From: Paraspadella gotoi
Taxonomy: Eukaryota > Animalia > Chaetognatha
DNA: 64,000 nt
Direction: 5' to 3'
Assembly: GCA_051294375.1 (NCBI GenBank)
Contig: CM119271.1
Location: forward strand, 8,918,120-8,982,119
The notes beneath the pieces are model-generated. The model ran no database searches. It had not been told where the DNA came from and was given only the letters and a program-made list of their open reading frames with translations. The translations under genes and the position numbers were made by a program. This document shows, piece by piece, positions 62,401 through 64,000 of the stretch (within the stretch, counting starts at the first letter, position 1; each line of letters opens with the position of its first letter).

Positions 62401-64000
62401 GAGTCATCCTCCTCCGTCCCAATCCCGCGCCTCCCACACTCAAGGCGCTTGGATCAACACCATCTCCCACGGAACCTCCATGTCCGGGATCAGCAAACGG
62501 TCCGTCTCTTCGGCCCGCGGGAAAGGGGTCAGTATTTTTTTTTTTTAGCTTTTATTTCTTTTTCACTTTTTTTTTTATCAAGCAATTTCATATTCGTGCA
62601 TCTATTCCTTCGCTGCTCAGGGCGGAAAGGCCGGCGACTTTTTCTACAAAGACTACGTGAAACGGCGCAACCTGATCCTGGCTTTGGTGTCCCACGAGGT
62701 GGAACGCCTGATGGCGTGGCACGATCCACTCAACGCGCCCGACCAACGCATCATGGGCGAGGACATTCTGGCTAGGTTCGCGTCTAATCGCCTTCACCGT
62801 TTTTCCCACATGTTCTTGAGTTTAATATAAATATTTTCCGACGATTTTCTATAGATGGCGCACCCAGGGTGACATCTCAGAACGCCTCTGGCGGGACTAC
62901 GCGCGCTTAGCGTGGGATATTTCTCCGGCGCTGGCCGTGCATCTTCCTGCTCGGTTCTCCAGTTCGGCCGCGTTGCACAAAGAGGTCGGCTACTTTTGGT
63001 TAATCTCTGCCTGAATTACTTAATATCCACGGTCCTCTTTCCGACAGGTGACGCGTCTGGTTCGCGTTCACCCGGACGCCGTCTGTCACATTCCGCTCGC
63101 GCTCAAGTTCCTCGCGACGCCGTCGGTGGTGAAGGCGGACGCGCCGGAACTCGCTCACATGCTTACGTGGGCGCCGGTCTCGCCAGTTACCGCGCTCTCA
63201 TTCTTTTCGAGGTAGGGCAGGGTAGGGCTATTTGGTTTGGTGACGATTTAAAAAAAAAATCGTAGCAAATTCAGAAAGACAAACGAGAAATACAAGCAAT
63301 TTCATAGACAGTTTATTTTTTTGTTGTCTCAGACAATACCCGCCCCACCCGATCACGGGCCAATATGCCGTCCGCGTCCTTCGTCGCTATCCGCCCGATA
63401 TCTTGATCACTTACGTCCCTCAACTCGTCCAAGCCCTACGCTTCGACGACATGGGATACATGCAAGAGTTTCTCATGTGGACAGCGAAGAAGTCTTCGTT
63501 GATCGCGCATCAGGTTTTAGTTTAAAAAAAAAAAAGAAAACCATAATATTTTTATGGCATGTCAATATCATGTTTAACTATTTTTTAATATCGCAGTTAA
63601 TCTGGAACATGAAAACGAACATCTTCACGGACGAAGATGGAAAATGCGTGGATCCGGCGATCGGGGAACTCCTCGATCGCCTCGTCGACTCGATCGTCTC
63701 CTCCTTCACGCCCACTGCCAAGGTTCCCCCCCCCCGAACTTGTTAATTTGTAGAAATTGTTTTAATGTTCGTTTGTTTAGATTGTTTTATCGTTTTAGTA
63801 CCATAGTTCTAATTTACCATTTCTGTATTTTCGATTGACCCAGGAATTCTACACCCGCGAGTTCGAGTTTTTCGGCGAAGTGACGGGTATCTCTGGCAAG
63901 ATCAAACCATTTCCCAAAGGCCCTGAGCGCAAGGCCGCCTGTCTCGATTGCTTGCGCGGCATAGAGGTAAGGTCGCCCAAAAAAAAAAGGAGAGAGAAAC
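50369..64000 (+). CDS. PI4KA: Phosphatidylinositol 4-kinase III alpha, many exons, 3'-truncated by the window end
   Basis: [12 protein letters not shown]|[103 protein letters not shown]; the kinase domain lies beyond 64000. Confidence 0.95.
51725..51965 (+). mobile_element. ~240-bp SINE/retrozyme-like structured insert in PI4KA intron 51650-51999
   Basis: Candidate 7-bp target-site duplication GCTCGTC (51725-31, 51959-65); weak A-box-like (TGGCTTGGACAG) and B-box-like (GGTTCAATC) motifs; T6 run at 51945-50; several stems; carries a ribozyme-like core. Confidence 0.55.
51802..51882 (+). ncRNA. Twister self-cleaving ribozyme, type-P5 permutation
   Basis: P5 CTGGT/GCCAG; P2 GTGT(51811-14)/ACAC(51831-34); conserved GA at 51815-16; T1 pseudoknot TGG(51817-19)/CCA(51864-66); short P1 hairpin; cleavage motif U^AA (51828/29); T2 GC(51835-36)/GC(51869-70); P3 CAGTGAC/GTAACTG; P4 CAGG/CCTG closing loop TCCAAAGC (twister GGUCCNAAGCCC signature). 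Confidence 0.8.
54342..54391. repeat. (CT)n microsatellite forming the polypyrimidine tract of a PI4KA acceptor
   Basis: About 24 CT units ending directly at CAG 54391-93; further (GA)n tracts at ~28065-28140, 28480-28560, 29005-29032 and 59405-59440. Confidence 0.9.

Overview
Gene-dense eukaryotic DNA, most likely a compact invertebrate animal genome (GC-rich exons, short AT-rich spliceosomal introns); the species cannot be named from sequence alone. I can assemble 15 protein-coding genes, 14 on the + strand: a long coiled-coil protein, TPP2, two tandem paralogous C2H2 zinc-finger genes (one with an inserted HMG box), HROB, a protein with a degenerate MADS-like N-terminus, MRPL42, a Cys/Pro-rich membrane-anchored protein (- strand), TTC19, an ORD-only OSBP, an InaF-motif protein, a K2P potassium channel with an IFT54/TRAF3IP1-like gene nested same-strand in one intron, a nearly intronless DOCK-A GEF, and PI4KA (runs off the window end). 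Mobile or structured elements: a deleted DIRS-like element in a TPP2 intron and a Helentron-associated (HINE/DINE-1-like) element. The top finding is a circularly permuted (type-P5) twister self-cleaving ribozyme inside a ~240-bp SINE/retrozyme-like insert, sense-oriented in a PI4KA intron. Exon boundaries were read by hand and family calls rest on remembered motifs; no searches were run.
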